64,000 bases of DNA from Candidatus Latescibacterota bacterium. GTDB lineage: Bacteria > Latescibacterota > UBA2968 > UBA8231. A program made the position numbers and the translations under genes. Position 1 is the stretch's first letter; each line of letters starts with the position of its first letter. The stretch spans positions 2,464,001 to 2,528,000 of the forward strand of contig OZ253462.1 in NCBI GenBank assembly GCA_965261395.1, in the 5' to 3' direction. The notes below the pieces were generated by a model. It was not told the DNA's origin. It searched no databases and saw only the letters and a program-made list of their open reading frames with translations. Below, in pieces: positions 54,501 through 63,028 of this stretch.

Positions 54501-55871
54501 GCAATACTTGGTAACGAGTTGAGCTGGGAACTGAAAAGGGACCCGCGCGTACACGACCATTCGATGTTATTGCAGGACATTGGTTACGCGCCTGAGCCGG
54601 TCGCTAAATTGTTTCTCCCTCGACTCCGCGAATGGTTGGACGGGGACGGAGATGTTGTCGATGGTGCGGGCGACCTCTTTGGGGCCACCAAGCGGCTTCG
54701 GCAGGTGATCGGCGTGATGCTGAAGCATGGCGACGAAGATACGCACGCGCACGTGCTCGCTGTCGCGCGTGAGCGGCTCCAGGATGAACTTCCGGAAGAA
54801 CTTGCTTTTGTGTGGTTGCCGACGCTTATGCGCGTCGACCCCGAACTCGGTGCATCCGCGCTTGAGGATCGGATCCGAACGGTCGAGCCGGGAGAGCTTA
54901 GCGAAGCGGTCAAATGGTTCAGTGTTCTTTTCGGAGAGCGTCATGATGCGATTAATCTGAAGACTCCTGCATTCACGCCGCAACTGCTCCTGCGACTGCT
55001 CCGTCTCGCGTATAGCCATGTTCGGTCCGTTGACGATGCCGAGCACGAGGGTTCCTATTCGCCGGACACCCGCGATCACGCCGAACGCGCACGAAACGGG
55101 ATTGTGAACGCTCTGTTCGAGGCGAAAGGTGAAGAGGGCTGGGCAGCGAAGCTGGAAATGGCTAATGATCCTCTTTGCGCACAATTCAAGGACCACATTA
55201 TCGCGGTTGCCGAGGAGCATTGGGCACAGGAGATCGATTCAGTCGCGTTCGACGAAACACAGGCCATTGCGCTCGACAAAACAGGCGAAGCACCTGCTTC
55301 AACAAACGAAGCGATGTTCGCCATTATGAGCGATCGTCTGCTTGACCTTAATGAACTCTTGCGAAGCGACGTGTCGCCTAGGGATGCCTGGGCGGGGATC
55401 ACCGACGAGAAGGTCATGCGCCGCGAGATCGCGAGGGAGCTGCGCCATGCAGCAAAGGGCCTTTACAAGGTGGACCAGGAGGCCGTTACGGCGGACGAAA
55501 AGGAAACGGATATTCGTCTGCGTTCTGTCGTGTCGGAGCACGAAGCGGTCATCGAACTCAAGATCGCTGACCGCCGGTCAGCCCGCGACTTGCGCGACAC
55601 TATCTATGATCAACTGGTCACGAAATATATGGCGGCCGATAACAGCAGGTCAGGGTGCCTGTTGGTAACACTGGCGAAAGGTCGAAACTGGAAACACCCG
55701 GACAACGGGACGCGCATCGGTCTACCAGAGTTGATGTCGCTCCTCTGTGATGAAGCCAAACGCGTGGGGGATATGATGGGTGGTGTGGTAGCACTAAAGG
55801 TTCACCTCCTTGATCTGCGTCCCCGATTGCCTGTTGAGAAGACGGCAAAGAAGAACAATAGTGCGCTCTAG
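51549..55871 (+). CDS. Large STAND/NACHT-like NTPase with C-terminal PD-(D/E)xK-like domain (putative defence protein)
   Basis: Walker A SEAGAGKT, Walker B FFLDSIDE, IVITTRP, RRPQDL and FHHRSVVEYLAA. C-terminal E..TADEKETDIRL...VIELK...DQLVTKYM. Confidence 0.75.
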   Translation: MIERTFQNIPEGKLSEADQQSFLVSLGWSRGTTWEDLLRSRRVLMISEAGAGKTYECREQAQRLWDAGEPAFFVELAGLAAEDLRSLLDHDEEARLDAWLSSQSDVATFFLDSIDELKLTLGSFELALKRLKRAIGSKLRQSRIVITTRPIPFDEQLVRRLLPIPPVPSTEPSEETFAKIAMRDHQSHQVGDKDDSAAPDWRTVALMPLSDAQILEFARIQGVEDPAVLLEDLERRNAQEFARRPQDLIELCVDWREHKRIRTHRDQVAANVRVKLQPRDDRPEPAELSVDKAIEGASRLALAMMVTRRMTIRHSAASDIIEDEAALDPAIILSDWNPNERKALLERPLFGFASYGRVRFHHRSVVEYLAAERLRALRDRGMPFRALKRLLFAQTKGKTIVRPSKRSIAGWLALAEDGIFEMLRDNEPAVLFDEGDPEALSQKQPNQALRAYVERYGQGGWRGLSVPHIQVHRFASSELADDVIQLWGMGIENPDVRRTLLYLIEAGRIGDCADIAHGVALDVQASAVERLIAVDAMVAIRDPRLKDIASEVAAADALWPDKIAGGLVLRLFPRDLSIERLCQTLSWMKEGKRSVGDLSWHLPCLIADAELDPPGLEALRDGVVELLSAGLRWCKEWPHIVCDRPHLSGALAATCVRGLDGSKNDCWLHASVLALRLHNREYSNDEAYKALHERLRNLSADENARLFWAEDSLVQSLHTIADPWKRFAEVTSHDRPVMLRPERDLDWIKEALGDTARSENDRAMLLEAAMRLVPHREQRQDHVSGLKPLVADQPSLLAAIDERLKPSKYDQEEKRWEKEQAHRKKQEERRDAKNRASWIQFWRDVAERPESAFSSERSWTTARNLWQAMSHDGEDSRESGWNRRFIKEQFGKETADRLRRILMNIWREDHPTLPSERPEDERSTYLVRWQLGLAALYAEAEDPSWATKLTEEETKLAVRFAPIQLNGLPNWMESLVDVHPDAVDAILGNELSWELKRDPRVHDHSMLLQDIGYAPEPVAKLFLPRLREWLDGDGDVVDGAGDLFGATKRLRQVIGVMLKHGDEDTHAHVLAVARERLQDELPEELAFVWLPTLMRVDPELGASALEDRIRTVEPGELSEAVKWFSVLFGERHDAINLKTPAFTPQLLLRLLRLAYSHVRSVDDAEHEGSYSPDTRDHAERARNGIVNALFEAKGEEGWAAKLEMANDPLCAQFKDHIIAVAEEHWAQEIDSVAFDETQAIALDKTGEAPASTNEAMFAIMSDRLLDLNELLRSDVSPRDAWAGITDEKVMRREIARELRHAAKGLYKVDQEAVTADEKETDIRLRSVVSEHEAVIELKIADRRSARDLRDTIYDQLVTKYMAADNSRSGCLLVTLAKGRNWKHPDNGTRIGLPELMSLLCDEAKRVGDMMGGVVALKVHLLDLRPRLPVEKTAKKNNSAL

Positions 55872-55950
55872 ACTGGGCTTGCATTCAGAAGATAGCGTTC
55901 AATACGCCCGTTCCGCAGAAGATGGTGCATTGCGAAGGGCAGGAGCGTGC

Positions 55951-57051
55951 GTGTCCCGCTGGCGTCGATACGTGCGCAGGCGACTGCCGGCTGTGCTGCT
56001 GCTTGGGCTGCTGGCGGGATGCGATCAGGCCGGAGATCCGGTGGAGCCCGTTGCCGACGCGATCGCCATAGAGGCCAAACTCGACGACCTCTTCGCGCCT
56101 CCGACCGCGACCGAGGTGGAGGCCGTCCGCGCCGACTGGGCCCGGCGCGACATTTCCGCGGCCGAGGCGACCATCGAACTCACCGAGTCGTATCCGCTAA
56201 ACGAGACCCCGGCAACCCTGCGCATCGTGTCCCACAGGGTGGGGGAGGTACTCCACTACGGAGCGATCCTCGCCCCCGACTCCGCGGCTATAGGCAGCTT
56301 GCCCATCCTGATGTACCTACACGGGGGCGACAGTGGCGTCGAGGTGGATGACATCGGCCTCGTGCTCTACGCCCTCGGCGAACTGCGCGACAATTTCGTC
56401 TACGTGATCCCGTCCTTTCGCAGCGAACCGCTCGAGTACGAGGACCGGAAGTGGGTCTCGACGGGTCCCGGCGGTCACTGGGACTACGACGTGGACGACG
56501 CCCTGGCGCTCCTCAACGTTGCATTGGAGTTGACGCCGCAGGCGAGGATCGAAGGCCTGAGTATCGTCGGCGGCAGCCGAGGAGCAGGCGTCGCCCTGCT
56601 GGCCGGGATCCGCGACGAGCGCATCGAGAACATTGTGGCCTTCTTCGGGCCCACCGACTTTTTCGACGACTGGGTCCGGGAGATTGCGCGGGAGGCGGCC
56701 ATGGGCTTTTCGCGCGACCTGCCCGGGGTCGCCCACATCGATTCCACCTTCATCCAGCCCTACATGAGAGGTGAAGTCGATCTCGCAGAAGTTCGCCTCG
56801 AGCTGGTGCGCCGCTCCTCGGTCCTATTCGCCGAGGACCTGCCCGCGGTCCAGCTCCACCACGGCGACAGTGACGGAACCGTTTCCGTCAGCCAGGCCCA
56901 TTCCCTGATCCGGACCATGAAAGCGCTGGGACGTGAGCCCCCCGAATTCGAGGCGTTCATCTACGAGGGAGGCGGACACGAGGTCTTCGCGCTGGGAGGT
57001 GCCATCCCGCGCGCGGTGGATTTCCTGCGGCGGGCTCTGGGAGGGGGATGA
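55951..57051 (+). CDS. Lipoprotein, S9/prolyl-oligopeptidase-like alpha/beta hydrolase
   Basis: GTG after AGGAG, lipobox LLAGC, YLHGG, GGSRG nucleophile, HHGDSDGTV and GGGH. Confidence 0.82.
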   Translation: MSRWRRYVRRRLPAVLLLGLLAGCDQAGDPVEPVADAIAIEAKLDDLFAPPTATEVEAVRADWARRDISAAEATIELTESYPLNETPATLRIVSHRVGEVLHYGAILAPDSAAIGSLPILMYLHGGDSGVEVDDIGLVLYALGELRDNFVYVIPSFRSEPLEYEDRKWVSTGPGGHWDYDVDDALALLNVALELTPQARIEGLSIVGGSRGAGVALLAGIRDERIENIVAFFGPTDFFDDWVREIAREAAMGFSRDLPGVAHIDSTFIQPYMRGEVDLAEVRLELVRRSSVLFAEDLPAVQLHHGDSDGTVSVSQAHSLIRTMKALGREPPEFEAFIYEGGGHEVFALGGAIPRAVDFLRRALGGG

Positions 57052-57213
57052 GTCCGGGCGGCAGGACTACAGTGCCATCCGGCTGTTTTGGTCTTCCCCG
57101 GTTGGGAGATCAAACAGAACACAGCCGCTTGAGCGAAAGTCAGTTCCCACTAATCCCCGCCTTATCACTCCACAAGCGCAGAATCCAAAAGTAATCACTA
57201 CCGAAAACCCTCC

Positions 57214-59109
57214 TCAATACGCCACGTTGACTAGGCCGCTGTGGCGCGTGGTGCCGACATCGGCTGCGACTTGGAGATGATAGAGGTACATCCCCGGTGA
57301 GACCAGTCTGCCCCAATCGTCGCGCCCATCCCAAACTTGGGCAAAGCGTCCGCTCTGGTCCTCGCCGGCATATCCCCGACGCACCAAACCACCTCCCAAA
57401 TCATAGATGCGAAAGAAGACCGACGCTGGCCGCGTCAGCTTGAGCAAGCTATAGGAGACTGCAAACAGGTCGTTGACCCCGTCGCCGTTGGGCGTCAGCA
57501 CCCGCTGGGCTGGCGTTACATCGGCGACGAGAGCAGCGTTCGGTGCGGAGAGGCGCACCGTCAGTCCCACGCCCGGTAATGCGGGATCTACATCCGCTTC
57601 GCGTGCGTACTGGAACATCTCGTAGGGTGCCCCATCCGCGATGTGTCGCTGCTCTACTGCGCGCACCTCAAAACGCGTGCCATCGACAAAGACTTTGCCG
57701 CGAAAGAAAATATGTACGAGGCTGCCGTCCTTTAGTACCCGCCGCCAGAGGTTTACGGCAAATCCGCGCCCAGGGTCCAAGCGCAGGGTATGCAGTGCGT
57801 GTTCGTCATCGACCTTGACGCTGTCAATGCCCTCGATCTGCGCTGCGGTCAGTACCTCGACCAAGCGGAAACCAGTGTCCGACCGCTCCGCGAGGCGGTG
57901 CGTCTGCACGATCGCCACAAAGGCCGTTTCTTCCCCGGCATCGACTAGCGGCGGGCTGATTTCGGCGTAGATCTCGCCGGCGACCGGCGGCGAAGAGTAC
58001 TCGAAAACGAGTCGCTCTAACTTGACGCCCGGCTGCAAAAAGCGCACTTGGAACTGCAAGAAGCGGTTTGGGCTTGGCGAGCGCACCACCCCACCAGTGA
58101 CCGTCTCCCAGCCGCTCCAGTCGGGATTGGCCACGACCGGCCCTTGGGCAATGCCTGGGAATTCGGGGGCATTTTCCCAGACGGCTCGATTGACCCGGAT
58201 CTCGTCTGGTCCTTGGGTGATGAAGTAATGTAGGGGCTCGTCATCCGGGCCGGTGCGCGTCTGCAGGATAATGGGCAATTCCTCCAGCGGCGCACCCCCC
58301 TCGTGGCGCAGCCGTCCCCACACCGGCGTTCCGCTGCTGGCCAAAAGCGGGACCGAGCGAAAAAACCCCGGCAACGTCGTGCCATCGGTGTAAAGCTCTA
58401 GCTCGGCCAACTCCCAGGGCGCGTCGCCTAGGGGCAGGAAGCGCACGTAGCGCGCTTGGCGCTGGCCGCTGACCGAGAGGATGCCCGGCCACTCGATAAT
58501 CGCGCGAATATTAGGCCGGGTAGGGCCAAAGAAAACATAGCGTTGGAAGTTGACCTTGCCGCCGGAATCATCTTGGGTGGGATCGGCGCTAGAAGTCAAC
58601 AGGCGATTCAGTGAGTCCACCGGCTGTAGGTAGTCGCTCAGCCCCAAGTCAAAAGTCTGCGGAAAGTTCCCGATGTGTTCGGCGTCGAGGCGCGGGAACG
58701 CTCTGGTCCGCACGATGGTATAGACCCCGCCCAAGTCGATATAGATCGGCGCTTGGCGGCTCAACCCAAACTCATCGGGGTCAAAAGCCGTCCCCGGGTC
58801 GCCATCGGCAATTGCTTGTACCGCGGTTAGATCGCGGCGGAACACGGCAATCGTTTCCTGCAAAGAACCTAGGGTAGGCTCCGTGACCGAGACCAAAATC
58901 TGCCCGCCCCGCGCAAGGGCGTTGGCCATCAGATTCTCGCCTGGTGTCACCGCCCACGTCCACAGCGAATCAGGGGCTCCGTTGACGAAGGCCACAGAGT
59001 CTTGGATGGCTAGGTAAGAGTGCCCCTCTCGGCCCACCACCAGTTCCCACTGCGGCCAAGCCGGACCGGCGCTTAACGCAACCACCCATATGCAGAGGTG
59101 CAACCACAT
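57214..59109 (-). CDS. Family B secreted protein B4 (C-terminal FlgD-Ig/TPNGD domain)
   Basis: Signal peptide, ADGDPGT..YIDLG..RTRAFPR, WELAELE, QTRTG, SPSPNRFLQ, LTPNGDGVND, WDGRD..G.LVSPGMY and terminal VNVAY. Confidence 0.8.
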   Translation of the reverse strand: MWLHLCIWVVALSAGPAWPQWELVVGREGHSYLAIQDSVAFVNGAPDSLWTWAVTPGENLMANALARGGQILVSVTEPTLGSLQETIAVFRRDLTAVQAIADGDPGTAFDPDEFGLSRQAPIYIDLGGVYTIVRTRAFPRLDAEHIGNFPQTFDLGLSDYLQPVDSLNRLLTSSADPTQDDSGGKVNFQRYVFFGPTRPNIRAIIEWPGILSVSGQRQARYVRFLPLGDAPWELAELELYTDGTTLPGFFRSVPLLASSGTPVWGRLRHEGGAPLEELPIILQTRTGPDDEPLHYFITQGPDEIRVNRAVWENAPEFPGIAQGPVVANPDWSGWETVTGGVVRSPSPNRFLQFQVRFLQPGVKLERLVFEYSSPPVAGEIYAEISPPLVDAGEETAFVAIVQTHRLAERSDTGFRLVEVLTAAQIEGIDSVKVDDEHALHTLRLDPGRGFAVNLWRRVLKDGSLVHIFFRGKVFVDGTRFEVRAVEQRHIADGAPYEMFQYAREADVDPALPGVGLTVRLSAPNAALVADVTPAQRVLTPNGDGVNDLFAVSYSLLKLTRPASVFFRIYDLGGGLVRRGYAGEDQSGRFAQVWDGRDDWGRLVSPGMYLYHLQVAADVGTTRHSGLVNVAY

Positions 59110-60374
59110 CAGAAGGTGATCCTGTTTTTGATGGTAGGGATTAGGTCGAGGCTAGCCGCGCTGAGCGGATTGCCGCGCAGGTCGGCCGAGAGCAGCTTCT
59201 CCAGTGTTAGCAATACAGCGATATCCACCACTTGATTGTCCGGCAGGTGCAGACGTCTGAGTTCGGGGAGGCCGGCCAGCGGCGACAGGTCCTCGACTGC
59301 ATTGTCCGCGAGATATAGTATCTCCAGCCGGCGGAGATCCGCCAGCGGCGACAGGTCTTGTATTTGGTTTATCTCGAGCCACAATTCGCGGAGGTTGACC
59401 AAGCCGACCAGTGGCGCAATATCCACAATGGCGTTGTTGTTGAGGTTGAGTTTCTCCAGGCTTGTCAGTTGGGATAGGGCGCTAATATCCTCGATATTGG
59501 CCGTCGTCAATTGGAGTATCTCCAGCCGGCGGAGATCCGCCAGCGGCAACAGGCTCTCCAACTCGCCCTCGCTGGTAGAGCCGCTAAAGCTCAGGCTTTC
59601 TAAGTTGGTTAGCTGCTCAATGCCCTCCAGCGACTTGACCGAGCTGTTGAGCCTCAGACGGGTGATTACGCGCAAATCCGCCTCCGTCAATTCCTCGGTT
59701 GGCTTCCTGACCGCACTGTGCACTGTCTGCTCTAGTTGGGCGTCCTCGAAAGATATCCCCGGTAGGAAAAAGGTCACCTCCATCCCTCGCCCGCGCAGGG
59801 CTTCCACTTGGTCTAGGTCGAGCGGGTTGCCCGACAGCTCGACGCTGCGCAAGCGCCGGAGCTGCGAAAGCACCGAAACATCGCGAACTTGGTTGCCGTC
59901 GAGGTTGAGCAGGTCTAACCGCGTCAGCCGCGCCAGCGGCGCAAGGTCTTCCACTTGGTTGCCGTCGAGATTCAAGGCCTTTAGCAGGAGGAGGTTGGCT
60001 AGCGGCGCGAGGTCGGCGATTTGGTTGTTAGACAGGTCGAGCACTTGTAGTCGGGTCAATCCGGCGAGCGGGCCAATATCCACTACGGCATTATCGCCCA
60101 GCATCAGCGTATCCAGGCCCCTCAGCCGCTCAATCCCCTCGATATTAGCGATCTCATAGCCGCCCGCATCCAGGGTTTGCAGTCCAGATAACTCCTCGCT
60201 TGCCAAGCCTCCTTGCGGTTGTCGCAGCGCCTGCCGCACCGCTCGTTCCAACCTCGCGTCCGCGAAGATGCTATGGTCAAAGATCGGCTCTTCATCTGAG
60301 ATTGGGGGTTGGAAGGGCGGGCGCTCGCTGCTGCAACCCAGCCACAAAAGCGCTGTCCAGAGTACGCATCTCAT
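59109..60374 (-). CDS. Internalin-like leucine-rich-repeat lipoprotein
   Basis: Lipobox LLWLGC and 22-aa LxxLxLxxNxIxDLxPLxxL repeats in two capped blocks. Confidence 0.9.
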   Translation of the reverse strand: MRCVLWTALLWLGCSSERPPFQPPISDEEPIFDHSIFADARLERAVRQALRQPQGGLASEELSGLQTLDAGGYEIANIEGIERLRGLDTLMLGDNAVVDIGPLAGLTRLQVLDLSNNQIADLAPLANLLLLKALNLDGNQVEDLAPLARLTRLDLLNLDGNQVRDVSVLSQLRRLRSVELSGNPLDLDQVEALRGRGMEVTFFLPGISFEDAQLEQTVHSAVRKPTEELTEADLRVITRLRLNSSVKSLEGIEQLTNLESLSFSGSTSEGELESLLPLADLRRLEILQLTTANIEDISALSQLTSLEKLNLNNNAIVDIAPLVGLVNLRELWLEINQIQDLSPLADLRRLEILYLADNAVEDLSPLAGLPELRRLHLPDNQVVDIAVLLTLEKLLSADLRGNPLSAASLDLIPTIKNRITF

Positions 60375-63028
60375 TGCTCGACTCCCGCGTACACGGTGAG
60401 AAAACCCCTAGTCCGCGTCCGCGTCCCCTCGACTTCTTGGTAGCGCCGGGTCACGTCGAACCCCAGCACCGTCGTCAGCTTATAGCCCTGATAGTCAGAG
60501 ATATTGGTCAACTGGGCGACCGTCGTCGTCTCCCAGAAGCTGTCTTCGGCCCCCGGTGGCGTCGGCTCGCGCAACTGCCAGAAGTTGTGGTATTCGATCC
60601 CGGCCTCTAAGTAGCTGCTGTGCAGGACGGACACGCGCCCGACAGCGAGCAGGAGCTGGCTCCACTCCTTGCGCTCGGGCTGGCTGCGAAGTACCGGGAC
60701 CTCGCGGCGGAACTCGCTTTTGCAAGCCGGTCTTAAGGTCAGCTTGCCTAGCTGTAGCCGGTACTCGGCCTTGTTGATCAGGCCGAGGAACGAGCCGTCT
60801 TCGCGCTGCCCGCGCAATAGTAACGCGGTGCTTGGGTCGCGCTGGTGGTAGGACTGCCACTTGAACCTGTTGACGAACTTAAAACCGGGCCAGCGGTCGA
60901 AGTCAAAACCCAGCCAGGTAGTATTGACCACCGTGTTCTGCGCCGGCAGCACGTCCGGGGTCGGCACCAGTTCGCCTTGGGTATTGGGTAGTTGCGTCCA
61001 CTGCACTAGGTGGTCGAAGATATCGTCTTTGACGCGGCGCAGGTCCTGAAAAACCCGTGCCCGCCCCCAGTTAGTGAAGTAGTGATCCCCGGCCAGCATC
61101 AGGTAATCGGCGTGGGCGCGGCGATGGTCGGAGCGTTGCGCGATTCGCTGGCGGCCTGCGGTCGCCCGCAGATCGGGGTGCAAAAAGGCACCGACGTACA
61201 GATTGTAGCCCTTGCGGTCGCGCTTGTAGGGCAGGTCGGCCTCCTCGTCGTTTTCAAAGCGGTCGATCCAGCCGTTGTGGTTTTGGTCGATGCCGTAGAG
61301 GAACTCTGGCCGGTCGGTGTGGAAGCGCAGGAAAGGCTCTTCGTAGTCGGGCACCCGGTTGGGGCTCGAATGGGTGTCGTTCTGGTTGAAGTCGGAAATC
61401 AGGTCGTTGTTCTCGTCCCAGCCGGGGAAGATCTGGCGGTCCCTCGGCGACCCCTGCCGTGCCCAGTCGGGGAAGCGGTCTTGGTCGTCGTTATCTTCGA
61501 CGAATTCAAAGAAGCGCAACGGGTTCGCGTAATCGACGATGCCGTTGCGATCGACGACCTGGAACCCGGTCTGGTAATTGGGGGCGATGTCGAAGGCTTC
61601 CAACAGCGCGAAGTAGGGATAGTCGGTCTTGGAGACGTTGAGCATCCAGGCCTCGGCCTCGCCGCTGGCGACGTGGTGCTTTTCGAGGTTGGGGTTGGGG
61701 TATTGCCGGTATTGCTGATTGGCGGCGACTTCAAAGTAGGTGTTGAAGCCCTCAAGATCGGTCAACTCGAGGGTGAAGCCGGCGATCTGATTGGCGGTGG
61801 GCAGTCCGTAATCGAGGGCCAACACTTGCTGGTTGGACGAGTCCTTGACATTGCCTGGTGCCCGCGCCACCGGCACCGCCACGATCCGCTCTTGGAAGTC
61901 GATCTGGCGATCGGAGGCCATCTCGACGAGGTAGTCATTGGCCAGCACTAGTTCGACCTGCACTCGCTGAATTTCGCTGGGAGGCGGCCCGGTGTAGGAG
62001 CGGTCTTGGAAATCGTAGCGCAGGCGGATCTCCTCGTGCCCATCGGCGGCGAGAAAACCTCGGCGCTGGAACCCGCCCTCCACCAGCGGCCGGAAGCCGA
62101 GCTCTGAGCCTCGCGTGCGCTTGCCCTCTAGATCCCAGATGACGATGTCCTGCGCGAATAGTGCGCCGCCAGCCTCGCCGTCTGCGGGCGAATCGTCCTT
62201 AATGACTACTTCGATAAAGCTGACGTTGGTCAAGTTCTGCACGCCGGTGAGGTTGCCCTTGAGGATATTGCCATTGAATATTTCGGTCTGAGTCTGCGCG
62301 TGGTGCGCGTTCAGGTAGGTTCCACCGACCTTGACGAAGTCGCCGACCTGCATTTCCAACCGGCTGCCGATCAAGCTGGTGTTGTTGGTCTTTTCCGAGG
62401 TGCCCGTCGGCGAGCCGGTCTCGTCGATCAGGCTATTGAGCCGCGACAGCAGTATGGTAAGCGCGTATTTGTCGGAGAGCAGGTCCCATTGGATGCCGTT
62501 GAAGCGCGGCTTGGAGAAGGTCATCGGCGTCAGGGTGGTGCGGATCTGGCTGCCAATGGTGATGGCGTAGTGGTATTGCCCTTTGTGGTCTGAGGCGATC
62601 AGTAGCTGGTTGAACCAACCGGCGAAGCGCCCATCCTGGGCCAAAGTCGAACCAAAGGGCTGGGGATTCTGCTGCCGCCAGTCGAAGATCAGCCAGCCGC
62701 GAGTCAGATAGTTGCCATATACATCGTAAACATAGCTGCCTTCGAGCGAGGTGGAGACGTAGCGCTGGTACAGGTCGCGCGCGTAGTTAGAGTACTCCCA
62801 CTGTTTCCAGCGATATTCGGTGTACAGTTCCTGCGGGATGTACCACTTGCGCACGGCCGGATCGAGCGCGTCGAAGAGCACGCCAGGTCCGCGCGGTTCA
62901 AAAGAGACTTTGCCGCCGCGTTTGACGGTGCCGAGGCGCGCACCGTAGTCTTGGGCAGCGAGGGGCAGAGAGATCAGGGGCAGGAACAGGAGTACCCATA
63001 GCGCTTGACACCTTCTTTTCCCGATCAA
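60371..63028 (-). CDS. Family A secreted protein A3, putative outer-membrane beta-barrel (paralog of A1/A2)
   Basis: The likely TTG start overlaps the upstream TGA. Signal peptide (LAA-QD), LDPAVRKWYIPQELY, EDNDDQDRFPD..FPGWDENND..PDYEEPFLRF and terminal FLTVYAGVEQ. Confidence 0.75.
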   Translation of the reverse strand: MIGKRRCQALWVLLFLPLISLPLAAQDYGARLGTVKRGGKVSFEPRGPGVLFDALDPAVRKWYIPQELYTEYRWKQWEYSNYARDLYQRYVSTSLEGSYVYDVYGNYLTRGWLIFDWRQQNPQPFGSTLAQDGRFAGWFNQLLIASDHKGQYHYAITIGSQIRTTLTPMTFSKPRFNGIQWDLLSDKYALTILLSRLNSLIDETGSPTGTSEKTNNTSLIGSRLEMQVGDFVKVGGTYLNAHHAQTQTEIFNGNILKGNLTGVQNLTNVSFIEVVIKDDSPADGEAGGALFAQDIVIWDLEGKRTRGSELGFRPLVEGGFQRRGFLAADGHEEIRLRYDFQDRSYTGPPPSEIQRVQVELVLANDYLVEMASDRQIDFQERIVAVPVARAPGNVKDSSNQQVLALDYGLPTANQIAGFTLELTDLEGFNTYFEVAANQQYRQYPNPNLEKHHVASGEAEAWMLNVSKTDYPYFALLEAFDIAPNYQTGFQVVDRNGIVDYANPLRFFEFVEDNDDQDRFPDWARQGSPRDRQIFPGWDENNDLISDFNQNDTHSSPNRVPDYEEPFLRFHTDRPEFLYGIDQNHNGWIDRFENDEEADLPYKRDRKGYNLYVGAFLHPDLRATAGRQRIAQRSDHRRAHADYLMLAGDHYFTNWGRARVFQDLRRVKDDIFDHLVQWTQLPNTQGELVPTPDVLPAQNTVVNTTWLGFDFDRWPGFKFVNRFKWQSYHQRDPSTALLLRGQREDGSFLGLINKAEYRLQLGKLTLRPACKSEFRREVPVLRSQPERKEWSQLLLAVGRVSVLHSSYLEAGIEYHNFWQLREPTPPGAEDSFWETTTVAQLTNISDYQGYKLTTVLGFDVTRRYQEVEGTRTRTRGFLTVYAGVEQ

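Noticed and set aside
55810-55950. N-terminal extension of the lipoprotein hydrolase
   Set aside because: It overlaps the NTPase 3' end; the RBS and lipoprotein signal fit GTG 55951.
57080-57127. Imperfect hairpin between convergent genes as an ncRNA
   Set aside because: No recognisable RNA family; at most a terminator, and too weak to call.
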